From an uncultured Gammaproteobacteria bacterium (GTDB lineage Bacteria; Patescibacteriota; Microgenomatia; UBA10105; UBA927), in NCBI GenBank assembly GCA_964445435.1, contig CAYUKU010000008.1:1-56096 (forward strand): 56,096 nt of DNA, given 5' to 3'. The translations under genes were made by a program, and so were the position numbers. Shown one piece after another: positions 46,030-55,044 of the stretch. The notes beneath the pieces are model-generated. The model was given only the letters and a program-made list of their open reading frames with translations. It was not told the DNA's origin and did no database searches. The stretch's first letter is position 1. Each line of letters starts with the position of its first letter.

Positions 46030-46986
46030 TTACTGCGGTTCGAAAACTTCCCACTGATAGTTGGAAAACACCCAGTTGATAAGCTGCGTCGTATCGGAGA
46101 AACGATCCCTGCTTTTCAAAACGACGATAATAACCCGATGGTCGCCCCTTTGCACGAGTGTTATGAGATTCTCTCCGGCCTCTTCGGTCCATCCTGTCTT
46201 AATCCCGCCTACGCCAGGAACTTTCCCTAAAAGCTCATTGACGTTTTTCAGCGGGTGAAAGTATGTGTGCGTCACATCGGAAACCGTAATCTGAGGAATG
46301 GCAACCATTTTGGCGATAATCTTATTGTTGAGGGCATAATTGGCCAGCCGCGCCAGATCCATCGGCGTTGTTTTGTGTCCGGGATTATCATACCCGACCG
46401 GATTGGTAAACGTACTGTGATCCAAACGAAGTTCACTCGCCTTCGCATTCATCGCCGCCACGAACCCGTCAACACCTCCCGGATGGTGCGCCGCAAGTGC
46501 CCATGCGGCATCATTTCCAGAATGGATGAGTGCACCGAAAAGAAGATTCTCGACGGTGATACGCTCCCCCGGCACCAGCCCCATCACCTGACCGCTGTTG
46601 GCAACTTCGCCGACCGTCACGATATCATCCAGATCATATAATTCGAGGGCTACGAGTGCGGTAAGAATCTTTGTCGTAGAGGCGGGCGCCAATAATTCTT
46701 CTTCGTGCTTCTTGTAAATGAAAACGCCGGAATCGACATCGAGAATAACCACCCCTTCTGCGGTAATTTCACTCCCCGGATAAACGCCGTATATGTTGAC
46801 GGGATAGGGAGCGGGTGTCGGAACGGTAACCGTGTTCGTCTTTCTTTTCGGGTTATCGGACGTGATACTTGAATACAGCGTACGTCCGGGAATTCCCAAA
46901 ATGAACAACCCGAAAAATACGAGAAATACAATCTTCTCCCAATGGGTTTGATACCATGTACGTTTGGCAGGTTTCTTTTTGGCCAT
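46030..46986 (-). CDS. D-alanyl-D-alanine carboxypeptidase (peptidase S11)
   Basis: PASTTK (SxxK), SGND (SxN), IKTG. Confidence 0.93.
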   Translation of the reverse strand: MAKKKPAKRTWYQTHWEKIVFLVFFGLFILGIPGRTLYSSITSDNPKRKTNTVTVPTPAPYPVNIYGVYPGSEITAEGVVILDVDSGVFIYKKHEEELLAPASTTKILTALVALELYDLDDIVTVGEVANSGQVMGLVPGERITVENLLFGALIHSGNDAAWALAAHHPGGVDGFVAAMNAKASELRLDHSTFTNPVGYDNPGHKTTPMDLARLANYALNNKIIAKMVAIPQITVSDVTHTYFHPLKNVNELLGKVPGVGGIKTGWTEEAGENLITLVQRGDHRVIIVVLKSRDRFSDTTQLINWVFSNYQWEVFEPQ

Positions 46987-48834
46987 TTAAACTTCTTTAG
47001 AATAATTTCCGATTATGGGTTTAGCGAGTTTTTCGTAGTCAGACTCCTTCAGACTGATAGACTTCGTATGGAGACCCGCGTTAAAGACGACTGATGCGTT
47101 TTCACGCACCGCCTCGTCCATGTATAACGGCACGCCGAATATGTGACCGAACGGCGGGACAGCACCGATGGGCACTGACGTAACCTCCAGGACTTCCTCT
47201 GCCGTTGCCATCCGCAAATCACGCACGGAAAACTGATGTTTAAATGCTTTCATGTCAACTTTCCGGTTGGCACTGACTGCCACCATGATAGGCTTGTCAT
47301 CTGCGTACATGACGAGCGCCTTTACCCCCATATGAAGCGCGGTTTGCCTGACCCGTGCTGCCTCTTCTGACGTATGCACAGGTTCATGTTCATAGGATTG
47401 GTAGACCAGGCCCGCGTTCTTTATCGCTGCCACAATCCGGTCGTATACGGCGTCTCCCCCTCCTTCTTGCGGTGCAACGGATATGCCCAGTTCGACCAAT
47501 TGATCCTTATCCACCTGACTTGGCGCATCCATGACGCTCGTCTTGCCGCCGCTGGTCTGAGGAAACGCCACAACCTCCCGAAGATAGGGCTCACCCGTAA
47601 TAGTCATAAGAAGCCGTTCGATGCCGTGGGCAAGCCCCCCATGGGGCGGAACGCCGTACTCAAATGCCTCCAGCATATGGCCAAATTGTTCCCTTATTTT
47701 TGATTTCTCGTATCCCATCACCTCGAACACGGCGGTAAGCACATCCGGTTTATGACTTCTGATGCTGCCGCCTCCCACCTCATAGCCATTACACACCAAA
47801 TCATACTGTGTCGTAAGAATCTCGCCGATATGATCTTTTTTCAGAAGCCATGCCTCGTGTTCGGGTTTTGGAGCCGAGAACGGATTGTGTGTAAATGTCC
47901 ACCCTCCTGTATCCGTCTTCTCAAAAAACGGGAAGTCCACGACCCATGCAAAAGCAAGTACGCCTGACTTCTTGTCTTTGTCTGTCCTCAAATCAAATTT
48001 ATCTGATCCGAATTTCTCCATGGCCTCCTTGTACGTAAAAACGGGAAACGGTTTTTGCTTCACCGTATATCCGAGTTTCTCCGTAACGGAGATCATCATC
48101 GCCTCATCCATAGCCATGACGTCATGACGGGTCACGAAGCTCATCTCGATATCAATCTGCGAGTGTTCAAATCCGCGATCAGCACGCAAATCCTCGTCTC
48201 GCAAACAGCGTGCAATCTGAAAATACCGCTCAAACCCGGCAACCATAAGAAGCTGTTTGTATTGCTGCGGAGATTGAGGAAGCGCGTAAAATTTGCCGGG
48301 CTGCATCCTTGCGGGAACCAAAAAATCCCTCGACCCCTCGGGCGTCGATTTGGTAAGCATCGGCGTCTCTATCTCGGTGAAGTCCTGCGAAAACAGATAC
48401 TGCCGTACCGCGTCGACGAATTTGGATCGAAGTCGGATATTGTGCGTTAACCGCGGCCGCCTCAGATCTAAATAACGGTATTTGAGGCGCATGTCTTCGT
48501 TGATATCCAAGCCGTCTGTATGAATGGGAATAGGAAGCTCTTTTGACTTGGAAAGGATAGTGAGTTTCGAAACTTCTACCTCGACTCCCCCTGTGGCAAT
48601 CTTGGCGTTCACCATGGCATCCGGCCGCTTCTTTACCGTCCCGACCACTTCAACGACGTCTTCAGGGCGCGCGTCTCCTAGGTCTTTGGCAGAAACCATC
48701 TGGACGATACCGCTTCTGTCCCGAAGATCCACAAACATCACCTTTCCGTGATCGCGTCGGGCATGAACCCACCCCTGGAGCGCAACTTCCTTCCCCACGA
48801 GCTTGACTGTGTCTTTTGCAAGGCTTCTTTCCAT
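46987..48834 (-). CDS. aspS: Aspartyl-tRNA synthetase (GAD-less, probably non-discriminating) fused to a C-terminal YbaK/ProX domain
   Basis: GWVHARRDHG, LRYRYLDLRR, TPEGSRDF, YALPQSPQ, FRDE-like LRDEDLRADR, PPHGG.AHGIERL. C-terminus HEPVHTSEE...GVKAL...GAVPPFG...FNAG. Confidence 0.93.
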   Translation of the reverse strand: MERSLAKDTVKLVGKEVALQGWVHARRDHGKVMFVDLRDRSGIVQMVSAKDLGDARPEDVVEVVGTVKKRPDAMVNAKIATGGVEVEVSKLTILSKSKELPIPIHTDGLDINEDMRLKYRYLDLRRPRLTHNIRLRSKFVDAVRQYLFSQDFTEIETPMLTKSTPEGSRDFLVPARMQPGKFYALPQSPQQYKQLLMVAGFERYFQIARCLRDEDLRADRGFEHSQIDIEMSFVTRHDVMAMDEAMMISVTEKLGYTVKQKPFPVFTYKEAMEKFGSDKFDLRTDKDKKSGVLAFAWVVDFPFFEKTDTGGWTFTHNPFSAPKPEHEAWLLKKDHIGEILTTQYDLVCNGYEVGGGSIRSHKPDVLTAVFEVMGYEKSKIREQFGHMLEAFEYGVPPHGGLAHGIERLLMTITGEPYLREVVAFPQTSGGKTSVMDAPSQVDKDQLVELGISVAPQEGGGDAVYDRIVAAIKNAGLVYQSYEHEPVHTSEEAARVRQTALHMGVKALVMYADDKPIMVAVSANRKVDMKAFKHQFSVRDLRMATAEEVLEVTSVPIGAVPPFGHIFGVPLYMDEAVRENASVVFNAGLHTKSISLKESDYEKLAKPIIGNYSKEV

Positions 48835-49044
48835 ACTCCCAATCATACCAAAAAAAGCGTCGGTCCATAAGCCCGGCTTGACAAATCCCACGTTTTCGGC
48901 AAAAATTACAAAACAGTATGAAATCCGTTTGGTATCACTCCATTAAGACCCTTTTTGTCCTTCCGACAGGAGGGGGTCCCGCGGTGGAGTAACCAAACAA
49001 ACATAGTTTCACCCGAACCCCCTCACAAAAAGGGGGTTTTTCGT

Positions 49045-49203
49045 ATGAAAACACAGCCACCAAACGAAGAAGAAAATAATAGGACGATACAAACGGATTG
49101 TACCGTCCGCTGGGAGACTGCGTCGATAGAAAAAGATGGCCAACAAGTCACGGTACTGTTTCCTGTGTACACAAGCGTTCCGCCATTGTCCGCCGCTCTT
49201 TAA
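49045..49203 (+). CDS. 52-aa hypothetical protein with hairpin-sequestered SD
   Basis: AAGGGGG SD, then ATG. MKTQPPNEEENNRTIQTDCTVRWETASIEKDGQQVTVLFPVYTSVPPLSAAL*. Confidence 0.45.
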   Translation: MKTQPPNEEENNRTIQTDCTVRWETASIEKDGQQVTVLFPVYTSVPPLSAAL

Positions 49204-49299
49204 CATTTAATAATTCATTCCGGCCGGCAATCTGAAAAGGATTCGTCTTTTTTAGAGTCCGTTCGGAATCCAAAACCATTTTTGCAGAGGAGAACACAT

Positions 49300-49479
49300 A
49301 TGGCATCAAAGAAAAAAGGAAAACTTAGTCTTAAAGTTCTTGAGCGAGGCGGTGAAATGCCCTGTCCGTTCCACCAAAACGGTAGATTAAAACGTGCCGG
49401 CAACGGCAAAACGTACTGCACGATTGGAGGAAATCACTGCATTCAGCAGGGTATCGCAAAGGGCAAATTAACCAGATAG
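49300..49479 (+). CDS. 59-aa basic protein with a putative Zn-binding motif
   Basis: GAGGAG SD. MASKKKGK...CPFH...YC..GGNHC...*, followed by a terminator. Confidence 0.6.
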   Translation: MASKKKGKLSLKVLERGGEMPCPFHQNGRLKRAGNGKTYCTIGGNHCIQQGIAKGKLTR

Positions 49480-49485
49480 TTCATC

Positions 49486-49526
49486 GAGATCTTCCGACGC
49501 GTCGGGAGATCTCTCTTTCCTTTTTT
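49486..49526 (+). terminator. Intrinsic terminator
   Basis: GAGATCTTCCGAC-GC-GTCGGGAGATCTC followed by a T-rich run. Confidence 0.75.
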
Positions 49527-49745
49527 GGTTTTGGACAGGCAGTCAGATATATAAACACTCACGTATGCGTGATTCTTCTTTATATACCTGTCTTATTATT
49601 CCTCACTGCAACAAACGCCTATTCTGAAACCATCATACGCGTGCATCTTGCGCATGATGTTTTCAATCCGGGCGTTTTTTGCGCCAGTTGTACAAATCCC
49701 CGTATTCTTGGGCTCGGGAGCGCTCGATGAATGCGGGGATTTGGT

Positions 49746-51401
49746 TTACGGCAGGATTTCTATATCCCGTATCTTGAGCTGAAGCTTCCGCCTTCCGTTC
49801 CACTCGTTCATATCGATGGCGTATGCCACGTCCATACGCGCATGTTCTTTCAACTTGCCATACAATTCGCCCATCCCAAACGCAATTGCGTCAATAGTCG
49901 TTGCCACCTCGTCACGCAAAAGTAATTTAAGGTGTTTATTCCCATTCCCGACCACCCGCGCGTCCAGCACCAGAAGGTTGCGTGTTACGAAAACCGGCTC
50001 CGGATTACCCAAGCCGAAGGGCTCAAAGTCTCCGATACCTGTCCACAAGCCCTCGGTAACAAGTGAAAGTGGAATTTCTGCGTCTATTCGAAGTCGCCTC
50101 ACAAGCAAGTCTTCTGAAATATCACGCTGGGCCACCTCTTCAAGTCTCTTTCGAAGCTCTTCGATATGTTTGGTTTCGACGGTGAAGCCGGCTGCCATCG
50201 GATGTCCTCCCACATCCACCAATATATCGCTCGCCGATCGGATTGCCTCGACAATGTTAAATCCGGCAATGGATCTGGCGGACGCCTTCGTAATCATCTC
50301 GCCCCTGGCCAAAACAATCGCGGGGCGATAATACTCCTCGACGAGTTTGCCCGCGACCAATCCGATAACGCCCTGATTGTACGAAGCGTCGGAAACGAAA
50401 AGGAGTTTTTTGTCGCTTCCTTTCATCAACTCTTTCGCGTGTGCGGCCGTATCCGTTGTCATAAGCTGGCGTTCCCTGTTGGTTTCTCCCAATCGTCTGG
50501 CAAGCAGCATCGCTTTGTCTTTTTGCCCGGTACACAACAGTCGTAGCGCATCCATGGCGTGAACCAATCTCCCCATTGCATTGAGACGGGGAGCAAGAAC
50601 ATGGGAAATGTTGTATGTACGAATCTCCCCCGGAGTAAGTCCGGCTTCTTCTATGAGCGCCAACAGTCCTACACGCGCCGTATGATTGATGGCTGCAAGT
50701 CCGTATTTCGCAATCGACCGATTTGGCCCCACAAGCGGTACCATGTCGGCAATCGTGCCGATGGCAGCCAGGGCAATCAACTCAAGAGACCGGGAATCCT
50801 GCATTCCGCGCGTCTTAAGAAGTTCCTTGGCCACAAACCAGGAAACACCCGCGCCGCACAGTTTCGTCGTGTGGACGATCCTGCAATCCGGAAGCTTGTC
50901 CGATTTTACATGGTGATCAGTCACGATGACATCAATCCCCAATTCTTTGGCATAGACCACCTTCTCCCATGCGGTAATGCCGTGATCGACTGTGATAATG
51001 AGTGTAGGCTTATATTGATCGACGACCGAATCGATTCCCTTTTTCGATAACCCGTACCCCTCATCCACACGATGCGGAATGTAGGGCATAACGTTTCCTC
51101 CCAAAGCATGAAGCGTCTCCCACATAATCGTACCGGCAGTTATGCCGTCCGCGTCATAATCGGCGTACACGACAATGGATTCCTTATCCGCAATTGCTTT
51201 TCCTATTCTTTTACTCGCTTCGGCAAGCGCTTCGGGATCTATTCCCACGTCATAGGCGTTTAATGTATACGGATCGGGCGTATGAAGAAATCGTTCGACG
51301 TCTTGTTTTTGGGTTACCCCCCTATTGAGAAGGAGACAGGAAAGAATGTCTTTCGTGGTCTCAAGGGGCGAATCTTTCCACTGAATTTCCCACTTCTTCA
51401 T
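49746..51401 (-). CDS. recJ: Single-stranded DNA exonuclease RecJ
   Basis: YADYDADG, PHRVDEGYG, TVDHG, TDHH, GTIAD, APRLNAMGRL, GGHPMAAG. True start ATG 51401. Confidence 0.95.
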   Translation of the reverse strand: MKKWEIQWKDSPLETTKDILSCLLLNRGVTQKQDVERFLHTPDPYTLNAYDVGIDPEALAEASKRIGKAIADKESIVVYADYDADGITAGTIMWETLHALGGNVMPYIPHRVDEGYGLSKKGIDSVVDQYKPTLIITVDHGITAWEKVVYAKELGIDVIVTDHHVKSDKLPDCRIVHTTKLCGAGVSWFVAKELLKTRGMQDSRSLELIALAAIGTIADMVPLVGPNRSIAKYGLAAINHTARVGLLALIEEAGLTPGEIRTYNISHVLAPRLNAMGRLVHAMDALRLLCTGQKDKAMLLARRLGETNRERQLMTTDTAAHAKELMKGSDKKLLFVSDASYNQGVIGLVAGKLVEEYYRPAIVLARGEMITKASARSIAGFNIVEAIRSASDILVDVGGHPMAAGFTVETKHIEELRKRLEEVAQRDISEDLLVRRLRIDAEIPLSLVTEGLWTGIGDFEPFGLGNPEPVFVTRNLLVLDARVVGNGNKHLKLLLRDEVATTIDAIAFGMGELYGKLKEHARMDVAYAIDMNEWNGRRKLQLKIRDIEILP

Positions 51402-51407
51402 GTGGCG

Positions 51408-51419
51408 TATGATATCATA
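51408..51419. promoter_or_regulatory. Palindromic bidirectional extended -10 shared by recJ and cca
   Basis: TATGATATCATA reads TGaTATCAT on both strands. Confidence 0.65.
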
Positions 51420-51428
51420 ATGATAACG

Positions 51429-52784
51429 ATGATTGCGCTTCCCCAACAAGCAGAATTCATTATAAAAACCCTCCAAAAAGCCGGTTTTGAAGCATACGCG
51501 GTGGGCGGATCGGTGCGGGATATTCTCATGGGAAGAACAACCCATGGTTGGGATTTCACAACGAACGCCACTCCCGAAGAAATTCTTGCTCTCTTTCCCG
51601 ACAGTTTCTATGACAACCAATTCGGCACCGTCGGCATCAAGCTGCGGCAATCTCCGCAAGACGAGGTAACGGACGTGTACGAAGTTACGACATATAGAAG
51701 CGAGGAGGGATACCAGGACCACCGGCATCCGGATAAACTCAGCTGGGGCAAGACACTTGAGGAAGATCTCAAGCGCAGAGACTTCACCATAAACGCTATC
51801 GCCTATGACGGAAAAAACATTATCGACCCGCACAATGGGCAAAGAGATCTCACAGACAAACTCATACGAACCGTCGGCAATCCTGATGAACGCTTCGCTG
51901 AGGATGCGCTTCGCATGATGCGGGCAGTCAGAATCGCCTCGGAGCTGGGTTTCATGATCGACACTGACACCCTGGAGGCGATAAAGAAAAACGCCTCAAC
52001 CCTCACACGAATCTCCGCCGAGCGCATTCGCGATGAACTTATACGGATTCTGGCAAGTCAGTTTGCGGCAGACGGAATATTGCTTCTCAAAAATACGGGA
52101 CTGCTTGTGCTCATCCTTCCTGAGCTTGATCGCGCATTTGAAATTCAGCAGAAAAGTCCCAAACGTCACCACATCTATGATGTGGGGACACACTCGGTCA
52201 TGGCCATGAAACACTGCCCAACAGCCGATCCGATCGTCAGACTCGCGACGCTTCTTCACGACATCGGGAAAGTAAAAACATATAGGAAGGATGAGACAGG
52301 GCTCATAACGTTCTATAATCACGAGGTAGTGGGTGCCCGGGAAGCCCGCTCGATCTGCTACCGGCTGCGACTGTCCAAAAAACAGATCGAGAAAATTATC
52401 ACACTCGTCAGGTGGCATCAGTTTACCGTCGACGAACGACAGACTGATTCCGCACTTCGACGCTTTATCCGTCACACAGGGAAGGAAAATCTGGATGATA
52501 TGCTCGCGCTTCGCATCGGAGACCGGCTGGGGGGTGGAGCGCGTGAGACCTCTTGGCGGCTTGAGCTGTTTAAAAAGCGACTTGAGGACGTACAGAAGCA
52601 ACCGTTCACCGTCACGGATCTGAAAATTAACGGATACGATGTTATGAAGGAGCGAAATGTGAAACCCGGCCCGATCATCGGGAAAATTCTCGGCGCGCTG
52701 TTTTTAGAGGTGGAGAAAGGATCACTCCTAAACGAACGCGAGGCACTTCTCGCTAGACTGAAAGAATTACCGCTTCCTTCTTAA
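51429..52784 (+). CDS. cca: CCA tRNA nucleotidyltransferase with HD domain
   Basis: AVGGSVRD, DFTTN, RRDFTINA, EDALRMMRAVR, SAERI.DE, LLHDIGK. Confidence 0.93.
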   Translation: MIALPQQAEFIIKTLQKAGFEAYAVGGSVRDILMGRTTHGWDFTTNATPEEILALFPDSFYDNQFGTVGIKLRQSPQDEVTDVYEVTTYRSEEGYQDHRHPDKLSWGKTLEEDLKRRDFTINAIAYDGKNIIDPHNGQRDLTDKLIRTVGNPDERFAEDALRMMRAVRIASELGFMIDTDTLEAIKKNASTLTRISAERIRDELIRILASQFAADGILLLKNTGLLVLILPELDRAFEIQQKSPKRHHIYDVGTHSVMAMKHCPTADPIVRLATLLHDIGKVKTYRKDETGLITFYNHEVVGAREARSICYRLRLSKKQIEKIITLVRWHQFTVDERQTDSALRRFIRHTGKENLDDMLALRIGDRLGGGARETSWRLELFKKRLEDVQKQPFTVTDLKINGYDVMKERNVKPGPIIGKILGALFLEVEKGSLLNEREALLARLKELPLPS

Positions 52785-53648
52785 TTCCCATCGGTGCCAG
52801 AGGATGAGAACGGGCGTTGCCACAAACGGCGAAGAGTACGTTCCCGAGATCGTCCCGACCAGAAGTGCGAACACAAACCACTGCGTCGTCGTGCCGCCCA
52901 TAAGAACCAGTGCCAATAACATGAAGATGATCGTCAGCGAATTCGTCAGCGATCTGCCCATCGTCTCGGTAAGCGCCCGGTCTGAGAGGGCATCAAAGTC
53001 TCCCCTGTCGCCGCCGCGCCTGCTCATCTCCCGTATCCGGTCAAATACGACAATGGTGTCATGGACCGAAAAACTCATCGTCGTGAGAAACGCGGTAACG
53101 AAAAGCGTATCAACTTCCACATGGAGGAAATGTCCCAGAAGGGAAAAAATTCCGAGAACCACCAGTAGGTCATGAATAAGCGCGATAACCGCGGAAACTC
53201 CGTATTTTATGTTCCGGAACGCATACGCTATATACGAAAGAATCACAGCGATCGCAACCAGTGCGGCAGTAACGGTTTTTGCCAATAGCTCCTTCCCCAA
53301 AACCGGTCCGACCGTCTCGTTACGAACCACTTCCACCGATTGGCCGGAAACGCTGGCAATTGCGGCTTCCAGTCGTGTCACGGACTCGTCCTCTTGCGGT
53401 TTGAGACGCAATAACCATGTATTGTCGTTTGACTTCTGGACAGTGGCGCCCTCAATCTTTTCTCTCGCAAGCACACCAGTAAGTGTGTCTGCTGAGACTT
53501 CCTGAGTCAACCGCAGCTCAAGGAGCGTGCCTCCGGTGAAATCAACCGCAGGCGCAAGTCCCCACCGAAGAAGTGAAAACACGCCCGGAATCAGAACCAC
53601 CGCAGAAATGCTTATATAAAGCCAGATATACTTGGAAAACCGGATCAT
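52767..53648 (-). CDS. secF: Protein translocase subunit SecF
   Basis: VDFTGG, VGPVLG, SVHDTIVVFDRIRE, GTYSS. Confidence 0.95.
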   Translation of the reverse strand: MIRFSKYIWLYISISAVVLIPGVFSLLRWGLAPAVDFTGGTLLELRLTQEVSADTLTGVLAREKIEGATVQKSNDNTWLLRLKPQEDESVTRLEAAIASVSGQSVEVVRNETVGPVLGKELLAKTVTAALVAIAVILSYIAYAFRNIKYGVSAVIALIHDLLVVLGIFSLLGHFLHVEVDTLFVTAFLTTMSFSVHDTIVVFDRIREMSRRGGDRGDFDALSDRALTETMGRSLTNSLTIIFMLLALVLMGGTTTQWFVFALLVGTISGTYSSPFVATPVLILWHRWELRRKR

Positions 53649-55018
53649 ATCTTTTTCTCCTTTTCCCGATAGAGCACACGGATAAGCGTCCGGGTAACAA
53701 CGATGCCCGTAAATAAGCTGGTAATGACTCCAACAAAGAGCGTCACGGCAAACCCCCGCACCAGACCCGAACTGGGAAGGAATGCCCAGTTTCCAGGGTT
53801 AAAAAGTATCGCACAGGTCAAAAGTGTCGTAATGTTTGCGTCTTTGATACTCTCCCATGCTTTTCCGAAGCCTAATTCTATTGCGATTTTCCACGGCTTG
53901 CCTAAACGCTTCTCTTCCCGAAATCGTTCAAAAATAAGAATATTGCTATCGACAGCCATACCGATGGAGAGAAGAAACCCTGCTATTCCAGGAAGCGTCA
54001 GTGTAATGGGAACCCAGCGGTAAATAGCCAAATTCAGAAGTCCGTACAATACGAGCGCCATGTCGGCCATGAGCCCTAACCAACCGTATTTCGCTATCAT
54101 AAAAACGGCAACGATGATAAGACCCAACATCCCTGCGCGCACGCTTCTTTCTATGGATTGAGCCCCAAGTGTCGCTCCTACCACACGTTTCTCTACGACT
54201 GAGACAGGGACCGGCAACGCGCCTGCGTTTAGCTGAAGCGCGAGCGTGCGCGCACTGTCCCGATCAAAACTCCCTGTGATAGCAGCGACACCGTCTGATA
54301 TTTCACTGTTCACCCTCGGCCAGGTAATCGGAAAGTCGTCCAGGAAAATGGCAAGTGGTTTGCCAACCAACCGTTTGGTAATCTCGCCGAATTTCTTGGC
54401 TCCGTCGCTGCTAAATTCAAGTGACACCTCCGGCTCACCTGTTTGTGAGCTAAAGGTTACCTGCGCTCTTTTGAGATCCTTTCCGGTAAGTCCGGTTGAT
54501 TTCGTATTGGCAAGAGTCGGAATGATAATGGCGCTCTCTGAAGACTCCGTTTGCGTGACAAACTCCCGAAACTCAAGCCGCGCGGTCTGACCAATGAGGG
54601 AAACTGCCTCATCTACGTTGGTCACGCCCGGCAGTTCTACGATAACGCGGTACGTCCCCTGCGACTGCGCCGACTGAACCAACGGCTCGGAAACCCCGAA
54701 CAAATTCACCCGGCGCTCAATCACCTGCTTGGCCGAATCAAGTGCGTTTATTCTGTCTTCTTCTTTTACGTTCGACATATCCGCTTCCAGAGCCAGGTGT
54801 GTCCCTCCTGAGAGATCAAGTCCCAGGTGCGTACGGAAATCCTTGTCCACTTGAAACCCAAGGACATTAAAGTGAAATGAAAGCGGGTTGACAACGCGGT
54901 CCACCGACCACGAGCCGATCTGAAATTTGAGGCGATAATTCTCCGGGATATCTATGGCGATGAGAAAGAAGGTTAGAACGATGAGAGAGAAAAATACCCT
55001 ACGCGACGTTTTAAACAT
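53645..55018 (-). CDS. secD: Protein translocase subunit SecD
   Basis: LGLDLSGG, RRVNLFGVSEP, LNAGALP, GMAVDSNILIFERFREE. Confidence 0.95.
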   Translation of the reverse strand: MFKTSRRVFFSLIVLTFFLIAIDIPENYRLKFQIGSWSVDRVVNPLSFHFNVLGFQVDKDFRTHLGLDLSGGTHLALEADMSNVKEEDRINALDSAKQVIERRVNLFGVSEPLVQSAQSQGTYRVIVELPGVTNVDEAVSLIGQTARLEFREFVTQTESSESAIIIPTLANTKSTGLTGKDLKRAQVTFSSQTGEPEVSLEFSSDGAKKFGEITKRLVGKPLAIFLDDFPITWPRVNSEISDGVAAITGSFDRDSARTLALQLNAGALPVPVSVVEKRVVGATLGAQSIERSVRAGMLGLIIVAVFMIAKYGWLGLMADMALVLYGLLNLAIYRWVPITLTLPGIAGFLLSIGMAVDSNILIFERFREEKRLGKPWKIAIELGFGKAWESIKDANITTLLTCAILFNPGNWAFLPSSGLVRGFAVTLFVGVITSLFTGIVVTRTLIRVLYREKEKKI

Positions 55019-55044
55019 AGAAAGATTGTACCACGGATGCGGTG

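Noticed and set aside
49560-49690. Extra inverted repeats (CATCATACGC...GCGCATGATG-TTTT) as an ncRNA
   Set aside because: Adequately explained as terminator-like hairpins between convergent units, with no further support.
51282-51842. Apparent 560-bp overlap of recJ (698 aa) and cca (500 aa) in the ORF track
   Set aside because: The extensions are antisense read-through. Homology begins at ATG 51401 (recJ) and about 51429 (cca), on either side of a shared -10.
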